A stretch of DNA of 64,000 bases from Blastocladiella emersonii ATCC 22665 (taxonomy: Eukaryota > Fungi > Blastocladiomycota), in the NCBI GenBank assembly GCA_025594325.1, contig JANHCV010000001.1:1302001-1366000 (forward strand), read 5' to 3'. Positions 53,001 through 64,000 of the stretch are shown here, piece by piece. Numbering within the stretch: the first letter of the stretch is position 1; the number at the start of each line of letters is the position of its first letter. The notes below the pieces were generated by a model, which worked only from the letters and a program-made list of their open reading frames with translations, was not told the DNA's origin and made no database searches. The translations under genes and the position numbers were made by a program.

Positions 53001-53739
53001 CCGCGTTCGCTCCGAGGGCGTGTATTCTTCCTAGTGTATTACGTTGCTTTCAACTTGCTCGGTTCCCCGACTCTTGTCTCTCGGACCCCGAAAGCGCTCG
53101 AGTCGTGGAGACGCGACGCGAAATGGCGTGACCAGCACGAGCCAGAAACGCACCGTGGCGGCGCCCAAGGCCGCCGCCGTCACGCCTCGCTGACTTGTTC
53201 GCGCTCCCGGGTCTCTCCACCTTCCTGATCAGCGATGCAAACAAATGGAACGCAACTGCATGCATCGAGCGGCGCGCTGCTGCGGCCGCGCCTAGCTCCG
53301 CGAAAGTGGACCCAGGACGGCGGCGGCCTTTGCGCCTTGGCGTGCCGCAAGTGGACCTAGCGCAGCACCATGGGCAGGGCCCGATCCGACGCTTGGCCCT
53401 CTCGCGTCCCTGCTAGCTCCATACGCCAGCTGGCGTCGCGCCAAGACGCGCAGGCGCGCGCGGCCGCCGCCGTCGTCGTCGTGGACCCGCGCTTCCCGTT
53501 GCGGGGCGATGCCGCCGCCCGCTGCGAGCCCGCTCGCTTGGCAGCTGCTGCATCGCCGCGGTCATCGCCCGCTCGCTGCCGTCGTCGCCGCGTCCCGCGT
53601 CCTGCCCGCCGGCCGATAAGTAGCGGCCGCCGCCCCGCATCCCTCCCTCTCGATTCGACAGCGAGCACCTCCCAGTCCTCTCTCCCTTGCACTCTTGCAC
53701 ACCCTCCCCTCCCCACCCCACCCAACCCTCTTCACCACC

Positions 53740-54537
53740 ATGACCGGCTACGGCTACGGCGACGACTCGTACGGCAGCTACGACTCGGGCTACTACGGCG
53801 ACGACTCGTACGGCTCGTACGACTCGAGCTACTACGGCGACGACTCGAAGGGCTACGACTCGGGCTACTACGGTGACGACTCGAAGGGCTACGACTCGGG
53901 CTACTACGGCGACGACTCGAAGGGCTACGACTCGGGCTACTACGGCGACGATTCCAAGGGCTACGATTCCGGGTACTACGGTGACGATTCCAAGGGCTAC
54001 GACTCGGGCTACTACGGCGACGACTCGAAGGGCTACGACTCGGGCTACTACGGCGACGACTCGAAGGGCTACGACTCGGGCTACTACGGCGACGACTCGA
54101 AGGGCTACGACTCGGGCTACTACGGCGACGATTCCAAGGGCTACGACTCGGGCTACTACGGCGACGACTCGAAGGGCTACGACTCGGGCTACTACGGCGA
54201 CGATTCCAAGGGCTACGATTCCGGGTACTACGGTGACGATTCCAAGGGCTACGACTCGGGCTACTACGGCGACGACTCGAAGGGCTACGACTCGGGCTAC
54301 TACGGTGACGACTCGAAGGGCTACGACTCGGGCTACTACGGCGACGACTCGAAGGGCTACGACTCGGGCTACTACGGCGACGATTCCAAGGGCTACGACT
54401 CGGGCTACTACGGCGACGACTCCAAGGGCTACGACTCGGGCTACTATGGCGACAGCGGCAACGACTACTCGTCCGGGTACTACGGCGACAGCGGCCACGG
54501 CTACGAGTCGGGCTACTACGGCGACGGCTGCCACTAA
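53740..54537 (+). CDS. Tyr/Gly/Asp/Ser-rich tandem-repeat protein, copy 2 (same translation as copy 1)
   Basis: MTGYGYGDDSYGSYDSGYY...(GDDSKGYDSGYY)17...GDGCH*; ATG at 53740, TAA ending 54537. Confidence 0.85.
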   Translation: MTGYGYGDDSYGSYDSGYYGDDSYGSYDSSYYGDDSKGYDSGYYGDDSKGYDSGYYGDDSKGYDSGYYGDDSKGYDSGYYGDDSKGYDSGYYGDDSKGYDSGYYGDDSKGYDSGYYGDDSKGYDSGYYGDDSKGYDSGYYGDDSKGYDSGYYGDDSKGYDSGYYGDDSKGYDSGYYGDDSKGYDSGYYGDDSKGYDSGYYGDDSKGYDSGYYGDDSKGYDSGYYGDDSKGYDSGYYGDSGNDYSSGYYGDSGHGYESGYYGDGCH

Positions 54538-55396
54538 GCCCTCCCGCCCGTTCCTCCCACCCTCTGCCTCCATCGCCGATTCCGCCGATGTACTTCTTCC
54601 CTCCTCGTTGTTTGCCTTTCTCGTCCCCCCGTCCCCCTGTCCCCCTGTTCCTCTTTCTCGTTGAACTCGTTCGATTTGCTCTTTCCTCTCCCTCCCTTCT
54701 CTTGTTGCGCCGTTCTCCTCGACCACCTTGTCCCCGCTCGATGATCGAGTTGAGATAAAAACCGCGCTTCTGCAAAACTCACTCTTGACGGCGACTGATG
54801 CACCCCTTCCCCCTTGGCACTCAGCGGGCTCGGCTATTAAAGGATCAATCTCATGCTTGTCGTTGTTTCGGTTTCGCTCAAACGCTCGTAAAGCCTCTTG
54901 AACGCTCTGCGGTTGCTGTACTGGGAGCACACTGAGCGCGTCGACGTAACGATCGCCCGACCTTGATCCGAACCGTGATGTCCGCGTGCTCGCGCGATGG
55001 CACCTGGGCCATCGACTCGCGATAACGGTCGCACCATGTGCCTAAACTAGCACGCTACGCGCCAGCTTCGCGTGCATGTTGAGTTTTGAGCTGCGAGGGA
55101 TCGTCCAGAACTGGTGGCCAGGAGTAGCCCCCAACGCGCGGCTGTTCGTACACCTGAGTGATGGTGCCGAAGCTGGACGTCGAGCTGGCCTAAGCGCCTC
55201 GCGATCATATACCAGCACCGGGACCAGTTGTAGGCGGAGCAAGACTGGACGAGGCAGGCGTGTGTGCGTTGTCGCTTCAAGCGACCAAGTGACGCCGCCG
55301 CTTGAGCGAGCGAACGAGCATCCCATTGATCCATCCTACCGCGCAATCGTCTATGCAAGGCTTCGCTGCAGCTGCCACCCATGAAATCATCGACTG

Positions 55397-55786
55397 ACAC
55401 GGGCGGGAGCAAACCGACGCGTGCTTCGTGGTCACGCGGACGTGAGCGTCGCGTCGCTGGCCGCGCTGAAGGCCTCGGCTCACGTGACACAACTTAGCTG
55501 CCTAAATTCAAGATGCATCGGAAACATTTTTCTGAGGGCAGATTCGTGATCAGCGACCTTCAGCGGTCCAGAACATGTGAAAACCTCCGAGTCGAGGTGT
55601 CGGGGTACCGAGAACTCGTCCGACCGTGCAAAGTTGAAAAAAACTTTCGGTTTGGTCGCTCGGACGAAAAACGCACTTAAGACTTAGCTTCCTGAATTGG
55701 GCGACATGTTCGACCCGGCTGAAATTGCACAGACGGCTCGGATATGTCGAGTGAGCAATTTTAGTAGTGGTCCTGCAATTATTGGA
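55397..55786. repeat. 390-bp dispersed repeat, copy C (inverted, in right arm)
   Basis: Mirror image of copy B. Confidence 0.9.
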
Positions 55787-57934
55787 TTTAATCTGCGGGG
55801 TGTGGGAGGGGTCTGTGACTTAGCCTTCTAAATTGGCGCAGTCCCGTGTGCCCTGCGGGGCGCGTCGCGTCGACTGCCGACGGGCGTAGTTACGCGGTTC
55901 CCGGGCCACCACTTGTATCCGATCACGTTCAGCTACAGCATCGTGGCTCCTTCTTCTTCAACATGGGTGCGAGTGGCGGAGGACAGCGGCCGTCACACTC
56001 GCTTGGCCCTCGCGGCCATGCTCGCTGCGCACGGCCACCATCACCACCAAGTCTTCGGCAACGGACGCGTTAGAACTCACCCTCAAGTATGATCCTGAGT
56101 AAAAGCATCATCGTTAAGACGATGAGTGGGCGTTTGTCGTCGTGTCGCCGTCATCCGTCTCGCATGCTTCCTCGCTACGACGCCACTTGATGACGTCGCT
56201 CGCCTCCAACAGCCGCTGCTATCTCCGCGCGGTGGTTGGGACAGCAAGTTTGATCATTCTCTCGATGATCACTTGCGACTGCGAGCGTCATTCAACCAGA
56301 GCCGCGTGCGTGGCATCCATGGGAACACGTTCGCTGCCTGGTATGAGGAACCGCGTTCCTCACAACCCTTCACATGCAATTGAGCGAGTGATCGATACCA
56401 GAATACGCGGTAATCCTGGCAGGCTGAGACTCTGCAGCATACGCGCCACTCGTTGGCGCCAACGAGACGCATGGGACGAAGTGAACTGAAGCGAGGAGCG
56501 CGGTGATGGCCACCAACTCGTTGATACCACCTACCAACACGTCCAAGGCTTCCCCTGCTCACCTCGTGACGCTGACCTTCATCTCGCATCGGCAATGTCA
56601 AGACCAAACGACCACAGTCTGGGCCGAACGTGCGCTCAACGCGCCTTCGCGTTCCCCACTGGCCGTCGCGAGGGAACTAGCTCCCGGGCTCAGATTACGC
56701 GGTAATGGCGGCAGGTCGACAATCTCTGCATCCTGCGCGTCACTCGCCGGTGCCCGTGAGACGCGTGGAACGAAGCGATCTCCGGCAAGTAGCACACCGC
56801 CACCCCCCGACGCGTCCAGGACGGAGCTGTTCGTGTCGCTAAGCTGACCCTCATGGCGCACGAGCAAGTCACCCACCCTGGTCAGGGCCGATACGCGGCG
56901 CGATGGTGCGACCCTCGGCTCCCCCGCGGTCACTACCGGCTTGAAGCGAGACCCGAGTTCGGCGCAGCCCTGCAGCGTCGTTCAAGTCGTAATTCCGCGC
57001 TCAGGGTACGTGATATAGCGGGATGCACGAGGTCGTTATGCATGAGTTCCATGTGGAGTCCAAGTGCGGGGAGAGGGGGCAACTTGCGGGGCGGGTTCAC
57101 ACCTGTTGAGGACGGCGGAGACCTTCGCATGCGGTCCTGCCAGGGAGACCGGTCCGGCGAGTTCGGTACGCGGTCAAGGCAAGATCGGCCATAAAGCAGC
57201 AACGTAGTACACTTCGGCGTGTACGACAGCGAGACTTTCGCCCGAGTTTTGAACCTGTGCGCGCCCGCGGACGAGACGCGGAAGGCCGGATCGGGCAACG
57301 GGTCGTCCCCTTGAATGTCTCCCGGTTGTTTTTTACACGACTGCCGTGAAAGCCCAGCAGAGGCGCCTTTGATATCCGGTGTAGTGTTAGAGGAGCGAGA
57401 GTGGAGGGCGGGGCGGGCGGCAGGCTTTATTTGGACGAGCGAAGGATCGGCGCCGCCACGGCGAGCATCAGCTGAGCTCACGTCGCCCCGTCGCGACGCG
57501 CCGCGCACGCGTCGCGACCTCCCCTCGCCGCCGACCGTGCTTGATCGCTTCCATGATCCGCTTCCACGACCCTTCAGCATGGCTAGGGACGTGTACGTCC
57601 AGGGAGCCGAGCGCGACTGGCCTCCCAGCTTACAAGGCGAACTGTTCATCGTAGCCATCGCAGGCAGGCCCAAACTCTTCCCTTCCCGCACTCCTGCACA
57701 ACTCCAACGCGAACGTGGATTCCGTGTCTCTTACGTGACGACCATGGTGAACAACATGGCCGCCGTCGCTGGTGAAGAGCGCCCAACCCCCGCGACATTG
57801 CGTCGACGGGCTTCGTTGACGCCGCGCGCGTGGGCATTCTCTTCCTGGCTTTCGAATGACACCACACGTTGGTGTGGGCCGATTAAACTGCTCGCGCCGA
57901 GGGCCCGTGGATCCGTTCTCCCTCGGCGACCACA

Positions 57935-59360
57935 ATGATCGGCCGGGCCCTCCCACGGGCCGCTGCTGCTGTTGTGCGACCGTTTCGGTCGGTCACACGG
58001 CGCGCCGCTGTCGCCTGTCCCCAAATCCGCCCGCTCCACCCGCACCCGGTCGCCGCTCTCGCAACCCACAAGCCTGCCCGCTGTCTTGCAACGGATTCGA
58101 AAGCCAACCTCACCGCCGCCACCATGTCCAACTCGCCCGCGGCCGCGTCGCCGCTGTACCCGGATATCGAGCCGTTCAACACGGGCTTCCTCAAGGTGTC
58201 GGACGTGCACGACCTGTACTACGAGGAGTCGGGCAACCGCGAGGGCAACCCCGTCATCTACCTGCACGGCGGGCCCGGCGGCGGCGTCGCGCCCAGCGAC
58301 CGTCGCTACTTTGGTCCGTCTTGATCTCCCTCACGAGTGCATGCAACGTGCCCGCTGACCCGCGAGCGACGTCTCTAGACCCTGCCGTCTACCGTATCAT
58401 CCTCCTTGACCAGCGCGGTGCTGGTAAGTCGACTCCGTACGTCGCAACCGCGCAGCTCTCGGCCAAGTCCGCGTCCCTGATCTCCCCCATCTCGTCCGTG
58501 TAGCGCCGCGTGCCTCGAGGAGAACACGACGCAGGCGCTGGTGGCCGACGTCGAGAAGCTGCGCCTGCACCTGCAGGTGGACCGGTGGGTCGTGTTCGGC
58601 GGGTCGTGGGGCAGCACGCTCGCGCTGGCGTACGCGCAGGCGTTCCCGGACCGCGTCAAGGCGCTGATCCTGCGCGGCATCTTCACGGTGCGCCGGTCCG
58701 AGCTCGAGTGGCTGTACGAGAAGGGCGGCGCCGAGCAGATCTACCCCGACGCCTGGGACAACTACGTCGCGCCCATCCCCGAGGCCGAGCGCGGCGACCT
58801 CATTAACGCCTACTACAAGCGCCTCACGGGCACCGACGAGGCCGAGAAGCTCAAGTGCGCCAAGGCCTGGTCCGCCTGGGAGATGTCGACGTCGCGCCTC
58901 GTGCTCGGTACGCTCGCTGGGCGCGCGGGAGTACCTCGCGAGGTCTCGCTCACGCGCCGCTACCGCCATGTCCTGTAGACCCCGCCGTCGTCAAGAAGGT
59001 CGAGGAGGACATCTGGTCGCTGCAGTTTGCGCGCATCGAGTGCCACTAGTGCGTCTCTCCCTCAATCCGCCCGCCTCGCGACCGTGCCTAACCCCACCCG
59101 CCGCACGCACGCGTAGCTTCGTCAACAGCGGCTTCATGCCCGACAACCACATTCTCGACTCGGTCGACAAGATCCGCCACATCCCGTGCACGATCGTGCA
59201 GGGCCGGTACGACGTGGTGTGCCCGGCCAAGACCAGCTGGGAGCTGCACAAGCGGTGGCCCGAGGCCGAGTACCACATTGTGCAGCTCGCCGGCCACTCG
59301 GCGCGCGACCTCATCGAGCCCCTCGTCGCGGCCGCCGACAAGTACAAGCAGACCAAGTAA
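57935..59360 (+). CDS. pip: Prolyl aminopeptidase (proline iminopeptidase, S33); multi-exon
   Basis: LYPDIEPF..LKVSDVHDLYYEESGN, LHGGPGGG, DQRGAG, FGGSWGSTL (Ser), GRYDVVCP (Asp), AGHS (His). Confidence 0.94.
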
Positions 59361-59565
59361 GGCTGGTCGGTGCTCGTGCGCGTGTTCCGGTTCAAGCAAT
59401 TTTGTGATTTGAATTGCGTTTTTTTCATTTAGGGCCCGTTTGGTTCCGGGGTGAATCAGGTGGATCAATCGATTTTACACGGTCCGGTGTTCACCCAGCT
59501 GAAACGTGGCATTTTCACCCCGTCGCGTTCATCGCGGCGTTTGGGTCGACCCCCGGATGAGCTGA

Positions 59566-60030
59566 ATGGAACCCTCGTCGCTGAATTGCCCGTCTGCTCG
59601 CCCCCGAAACCTTCAGGCTGTGCTTCCCGGCCTATATAAACGCTGTTTTCCTTCGTGGGGCGGCTCGACCACCACCGGCGAGTACTCGCACCTCGAGCAG
59701 GACGGCAAGGAGTCTGGTGACGTGGAAGGTGTCGATGGTCAAGACGACGCGGCCCCCGCCAGCAAGCGCAGCCGCACTTCGGACAGCAGCTCGCGTCGCC
59801 TCTCGGACTCGGAATTCCTCATGGGCATCAAGGAGGTGTTCCAGAGCGTCGCGACCGCCGACTCCAAGCCCGTCCTGACCGCCGCACTTGAATGGGTCCA
59901 GGACGCGTACAACGACAATGAAGAGTACCAGATCGACGTCGCCACCCGCCTGACCGAGGATCAAGCGCTTCGCGTCATGGCCGTGTCCGAATCGAAGCGC
60001 AAGCGCATCCTCGAGATTTTCATTCAGTAG
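59566..60030 (+). pseudogene. Probable C-terminal remnant of the Harbinger accessory (ORF1, Myb/SANT-type) gene
   Basis: Coding-like ORF convergent on the transposase within the TIRs; no Myb/SANT N-terminus or clear start visible. Confidence 0.45.
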
Positions 60031-60343
60031 CTCACTCGCACATGTCCCCCTCCCCTCGCGTTGCTTCCTGGCCTTGTTCTCGCCCATTTGTGTCCAATAC
60101 ATCTGGCTTTGTGTCCATCGTATCTTCAATCGTTACCCTTGGCTCGAAAATGACGCGACTCGTTGAGAAACGCGTGGTTCGCAAAGTGTCTCACACGTCA
60201 CGTGATTGATCGACGCGTCTCCACCGATGCGTTCTGACCTCAGCGACGCGTCAAATCATCTAGAATCGCTTATATAACATTATAGTACTTGACAAATCAG
60301 TATATTACAGCATGCATGCGGGTACAACAATTATTTCGCGCCT

Positions 60344-61659
60344 TCAAAGATGGGTCCCACGAGCGGCCATGACGCGCCTGTACTCGGTCCAAAGAACATT
60401 TGCGATGCGGTTCCGAAGCGAGATACCGCGCTGACGAGCTCCTTCCAGCGAGGCCTCGAGGACAGCGGCCTCGTCGTCCTCCTCGTTCTCGTCGTTCAGG
60501 GGCTCGCGCCCACACACACGCGCCTCACGCGCCGCGTCCCGCGCGCGCCGGAGCTCCGTCTCGGCGTCGCGAAAGAAGGCGTCGCCGCCTTGGTTCCACT
60601 TGTTGATCATGTTGTGCAGCGTGCAGAGCGCGTACACAAGCTTGACTTGAGTCTTGATTGGGTAGGCCGCGCCAATCGAGAGGACGCGGAACCGCTTCTT
60701 GAGCACGCCAAAGATACGCTCAACAGAGTTGCGGAGCGACGCGTGACGCAGATTGAAAAGCTCCTCGCGGTTCTTAACTCTACGTACGTTGATGAAGCGG
60801 ATGAGATGGCCCCAACGTGATGGTCATGGCAGTGAGAACGTACCCATCCTTGCCGCGGGCAAACTCGCGAAGATGATAGCGGGTACCGCGGAAGGGCACG
60901 ATGATGGACGTGCGGTTTGCGTAGCCGCCGTCGGCGAGGTAGAAGCGGCCGGCGGGGATCTTGAACCCACGGGCGAAGGCGTCCGAGAGCACGCGCGAGT
61001 CGTGCGCCTTGCCCTCCCACCCTGCGAGAACGTAGGTGAAGTTCAAGTCAAAGTCGCAGGCAGCGAGGACATTTGAGGAGATGGTCCCCTTGCGGTTTCG
61101 GAACGAGTCGTGAAGCTTGGCGGGCACAACAAACGGGATGTGCGTTCCGTCAAGCGCGCCGACCGCGTTCTGGAACGGAGCGTATTTCGGGTCGTGGGCG
61201 ATGCGCTCATGCACGGGCGTAGAATCGGACGGCTGGACAATGAACTCGGGCATCAGGCGGTACAGAGCGTCGAGCACTTGCTTCAGAACCCTGGACGCGG
61301 TCTCGCCAGAGATTTGGAACCGCTCCCTGAGGTTGCGGTTGGTGCTGCCCTCGCCGGCCATGACAAGAAAAACCATGAAGCGCCTCGACGGACAGCTCGC
61401 GGCCGTCGGCGAGAAGGCCACGGTCGCGGAACGGGCGGCAGATGGCCTTGAAGGTCTCGCGAGGCATACGGGCGATTTCCGAAAAACACGTTTCGCTGTT
61501 GCACGTCAGCAGCTCTTGAACCCACGACTCGCCAGAAAGCGTGGACGTGCGGATAGGCTCCCACGAGCGGCGCTCGTTGCGCGCAGCGAGACGTCGCAGG
61601 AGAGCGAGGGCGGCCGCGAGCATGAGGCCGCGCAGCTTGCGGTTGTATCCCTTGCCCAT
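60344..61659 (-). pseudogene. Harbinger DDE transposase with apparent frameshift near 61384 and intron 60780-60843
   Basis: RMPRETF, GALDGTHI, GWEGKAHDSRVL, YLADGGY, FRGTRYHL, FNLRHASLRNSVERIFGVLKKRF, LHN. Confidence 0.9.
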
Positions 61660-61929
61660 GTTGTTTGAGGGCTCGAGAACACGATGCGTGAGGTTAGGTG
61701 TTGATTCGTTGCAATAAGTGCGGCTGCAAAGAGGTGGGAAAGATTTTATTGCGGGGAGGGGGAGGGGCGTTCATCCAGCGGGGCGTTTGGTTCGCACGGC
61801 CGCTGAGATGAACGGGGGTGAGGTGAAACGTGGCAACTTTTTCAGCTGATCCACCTGATCTGAACCAAACGGGCCCTTAGTGTTGATGGAGGAGAGGGAG
61901 AGGGATCGCCGTGCACCCACAAGCAAACC

Positions 61930-63416
61930 TTACTTGTCCTTGTACACGGCGTCGTGGTCGGCCTTGAGGTGCTTCTCGACGACGTCAAGGTCGTGGGCGT
62001 CGGCCTTGAGGACGGTGACGAGGTGCTGGATACCCTGGAACTGCTCGGCGAGGACCTTGGTGACCTGGTCGACGTCGGCCTGGGCGAGGGTGGCGCCGTC
62101 GACGGCCATGGCGTCGGTCCCGGGCGCGGGGCGGACGTTGGTCTCGACGGTGCGCCACAGCTGGGCGACCTGGCCGGCGTATCGGGTGGGCTTGCGCAGG
62201 AGCATGGCGAGCTGCTCGAACTGGGCGCGGATCGCGTCCTCGTCGAGCGACATGGGGACGCCGGCGGCGCGCAGGACCTGGATCTTGGCCAGCAGCTTGA
62301 GGAGGCGCGCGGCCTGCTCGGTGTGCTTGCGGCGGTACTCCATGGCGCGCGTGGCCGTGTCGACGAGGTGGCGCTGATGCAGCTTCTCGCAGGTGATGGC
62401 AATCTCGCCGAGGCGGTACTGCATGTTCTTGAGGTGCTGGTCCTGCAGCGTCATGCGCTTCTCGAGGTCCTTGAAGCCGACGGCGAGGGCGGGGACGAGG
62501 CTGGATGGGTGGTGCGGTGAGTTTGGTACGAGGTCAAGCGTTCGCGATGCAAACGAGCAAGCGCGTACCAGGTCGGGTCCGGGTTGTTCTTGACGGCGTG
62601 CTCCCACAGCTTCTCGTCGTCGTTGGGCCCCTTGGTGTACTTTTTCACCTCGCTCGGGTGCACGAGGTTGTAAAAGTAGTGCTTGAACTGGCAGTTGGGC
62701 GACAGTGGGTCCCACGCCTCGCGGACCGACTGGATGGTCGATTGTGGGGTCGCCGGCAGCCGCTGCGGGTCTACGCGAGCGGAGTGGGACGGAGTTAGCG
62801 GCGCGTCATGGGCCCATAGTACCCGCGCGGAAACGTACATCCGACGGGGACCGAGAAGTTGGCCTGCTGCTGCTGCTGCATCAGGGCTTGCTGCTGCTGC
62901 TGTGGCTGGCCGAGCGTCGATCCGCCGAACCCGCTGAGAGTCCCGATCCCGAACGGCTTGGGCGTCCCGGACGCCGCGCCAAAACCGCCGAAACTCGGTG
63001 CCGTGGTGACGGCGGGCGTCGCACCGAACGGCTTGGCCGCGCCGAATCCGAGGGACGGCGTCGCGCCGCCCGGTGCGCTCGCCGCTGGGGCACCGAACGC
63101 GCCAAACGCGGGCGCGGGCGCGGCAGCCGAGCTCGCCGGCGTGGGGGCGAGGGTGCCGAACGAGAAACCGCCCGGCGCGGGGGCAGCGGCGGCCGAGGAC
63201 GCGGGTGCAGCGGCGCCGAACGTGAAGCCCGTGCCTGTTGCAGTCGCCGGCGTCGCGGGAGCGCCTGCTGCAGGCAGGTTGGTGAACGAGAAGCCCCCGG
63301 CGGTTGGCGGGGCCGAGATGGGCGCGGTCGTGGCTAGCAAGGAGAGAGCGGGGCCCAGAGATCAGATCCACGCGAAGACGGCTGCGGTGGGTCGGCGGCA
63401 GCGTACCGAACGACAT
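61930..63416 (-). CDS. NUP54: Nucleoporin Nup54/Nup57 (FG repeats + coiled coil); multi-exon
   Basis: GFSF/AFG/KPFG repeats, WDPLSPNCQFKHYFYN, LWEHAVKNNPDP, LVPALAVGFKDLEKR. Confidence 0.92.
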
Positions 63417-63755
63417 GGTCGGCCGGGTCACACGACAAGGGAATGAAGATGGGTTTCGGGGAGGCGGCCGCGGGCAGACGACTGGCAGCGCGTCACGGAT
63501 CTCGGTGCATGGACTCGCGGGTCGGTGGTATCGTTGCGTCGCGGTCGTGTAGAGACGAGGCGCGTCTCAGCGGCATCGCTGCACGGCGCGACGGCGGAGA
63601 GCAAAAGACGCAGAGGCAACGATCAGCCTGAGCCCACGTGGCTGTCTCCGCTCTCTGTCTCTCGCTCCCTCGCCTCGCTGCTCGTCGCTGCTGCTCCCTT
63701 ACCGCCTCTCCAGCAACCCCCAGTCCCGCCAGCGAGCACGGATCCGCAGTCCACC

Positions 63756-64000
63756 ATGGCTCCTGGCAAGGCGAACCCGAACCCCGACGGCTATGCGCCG
63801 GTGCTGCCGCGCATCGCCGAGAGCGCCGACCTCAAGGACCAGCTCGACAAGAAGCTGTACCATGCCGCGCGCGAGGCCGAGAAGCACGTCAAGAAGGCCG
63901 TCGCCTTCGAGACCCAGAAGCTGATCAAGAAGCTCAAGGCCGCGCAGAAGGCCGCTTCCGCTACCGCCGGCTCGCCCGACGCGGCCAAGCTCGAGCAGCG
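63756..64000 (+). CDS. Bud22/SRFBP1-like ribosome biogenesis protein, 5' start (runs off window)
   Basis: CCACC-ATG, then KKLYHAAREAEKHVKKAVAFETQKLIKKLK, resembling the Bud22 N-terminal motif. Confidence 0.6.
   Translation, partial: MAPGKANPNPDGYAPVLPRIAESADLKDQLDKKLYHAAREAEKHVKKAVAFETQKLIKKLKAAQKAASATAGSPDAAKLEQ

Larger units (their letters stand above)
52261..56143. repeat. Right arm of large inverted repeat (3,883 bp)
   Basis: Reverse complement of 47241-51123; one mismatch noticed (50899/52485). Confidence 0.97.
59432..61876. mobile_element. PIF/Harbinger DNA transposon (2,445 bp), defective
   Basis: Perfect 15-bp TIRs GGGCCCGTTTGGTTC (59432-59446 and 61862-61876), TTA TSD (59429-59431 and 61877-61879), subterminal ATCAGGTGGATCA inverted repeat, and a DDE transposase inside. 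Confidence 0.95.

Noticed and set aside
55700-55720. GTTCGACCC B-box-like motif in the 390-bp repeat (SINE or tRNA origin)
   Set aside because: No good A box, cloverleaf or poly-A/T tail.

Overview
GC-rich, intron-containing eukaryotic DNA with short GT-AG introns and compact intergenic regions. Fungal markers (Chs7, StuA-type APSES factor) occur together with axonemal genes (ARMC4/ODAD2, SPATA17), which points to a zoosporic, flagellated early-diverging fungus; the species cannot be named from sequence alone. Positions 1-46.9 kb are mostly housekeeping genes: ODAD2, CLC, Chs7, MetAP2, two S10 carboxypeptidases, RPS5, an HMT1-like ABC transporter, Vip1, MiaB/CDK5RAP1, Rpn10, SPATA17, gamma-tubulin, PSO2, OLA1/YLF2, Fpg, mitochondrial uS15, StuA and a TPT-family transporter. 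The main unusual structure is an 8.9-kb near-perfect palindrome (3,883-bp arms at 47241-51123 and 52261-56143, 1,137-bp spacer). Each arm carries an intronless gene for a Tyr/Gly/Asp-rich protein (17 x GDDSKGYDSGYY, no signal peptide), the 3' part of a degenerate RasGEF-like gene, and a 390-bp dispersed repeat also found at 29.8 kb. Other notable items are a CLC-family protein with substituted canonical pore residues, a carboxypeptidase paralog with a frameshift and a catalytic His->Tyr change, and a defective PIF/Harbinger element with intact TIRs and TTA TSD between the convergent pip and NUP54 genes. All identifications come from motif recognition by eye; no database searches were run, and spans of multi-exon genes include introns.
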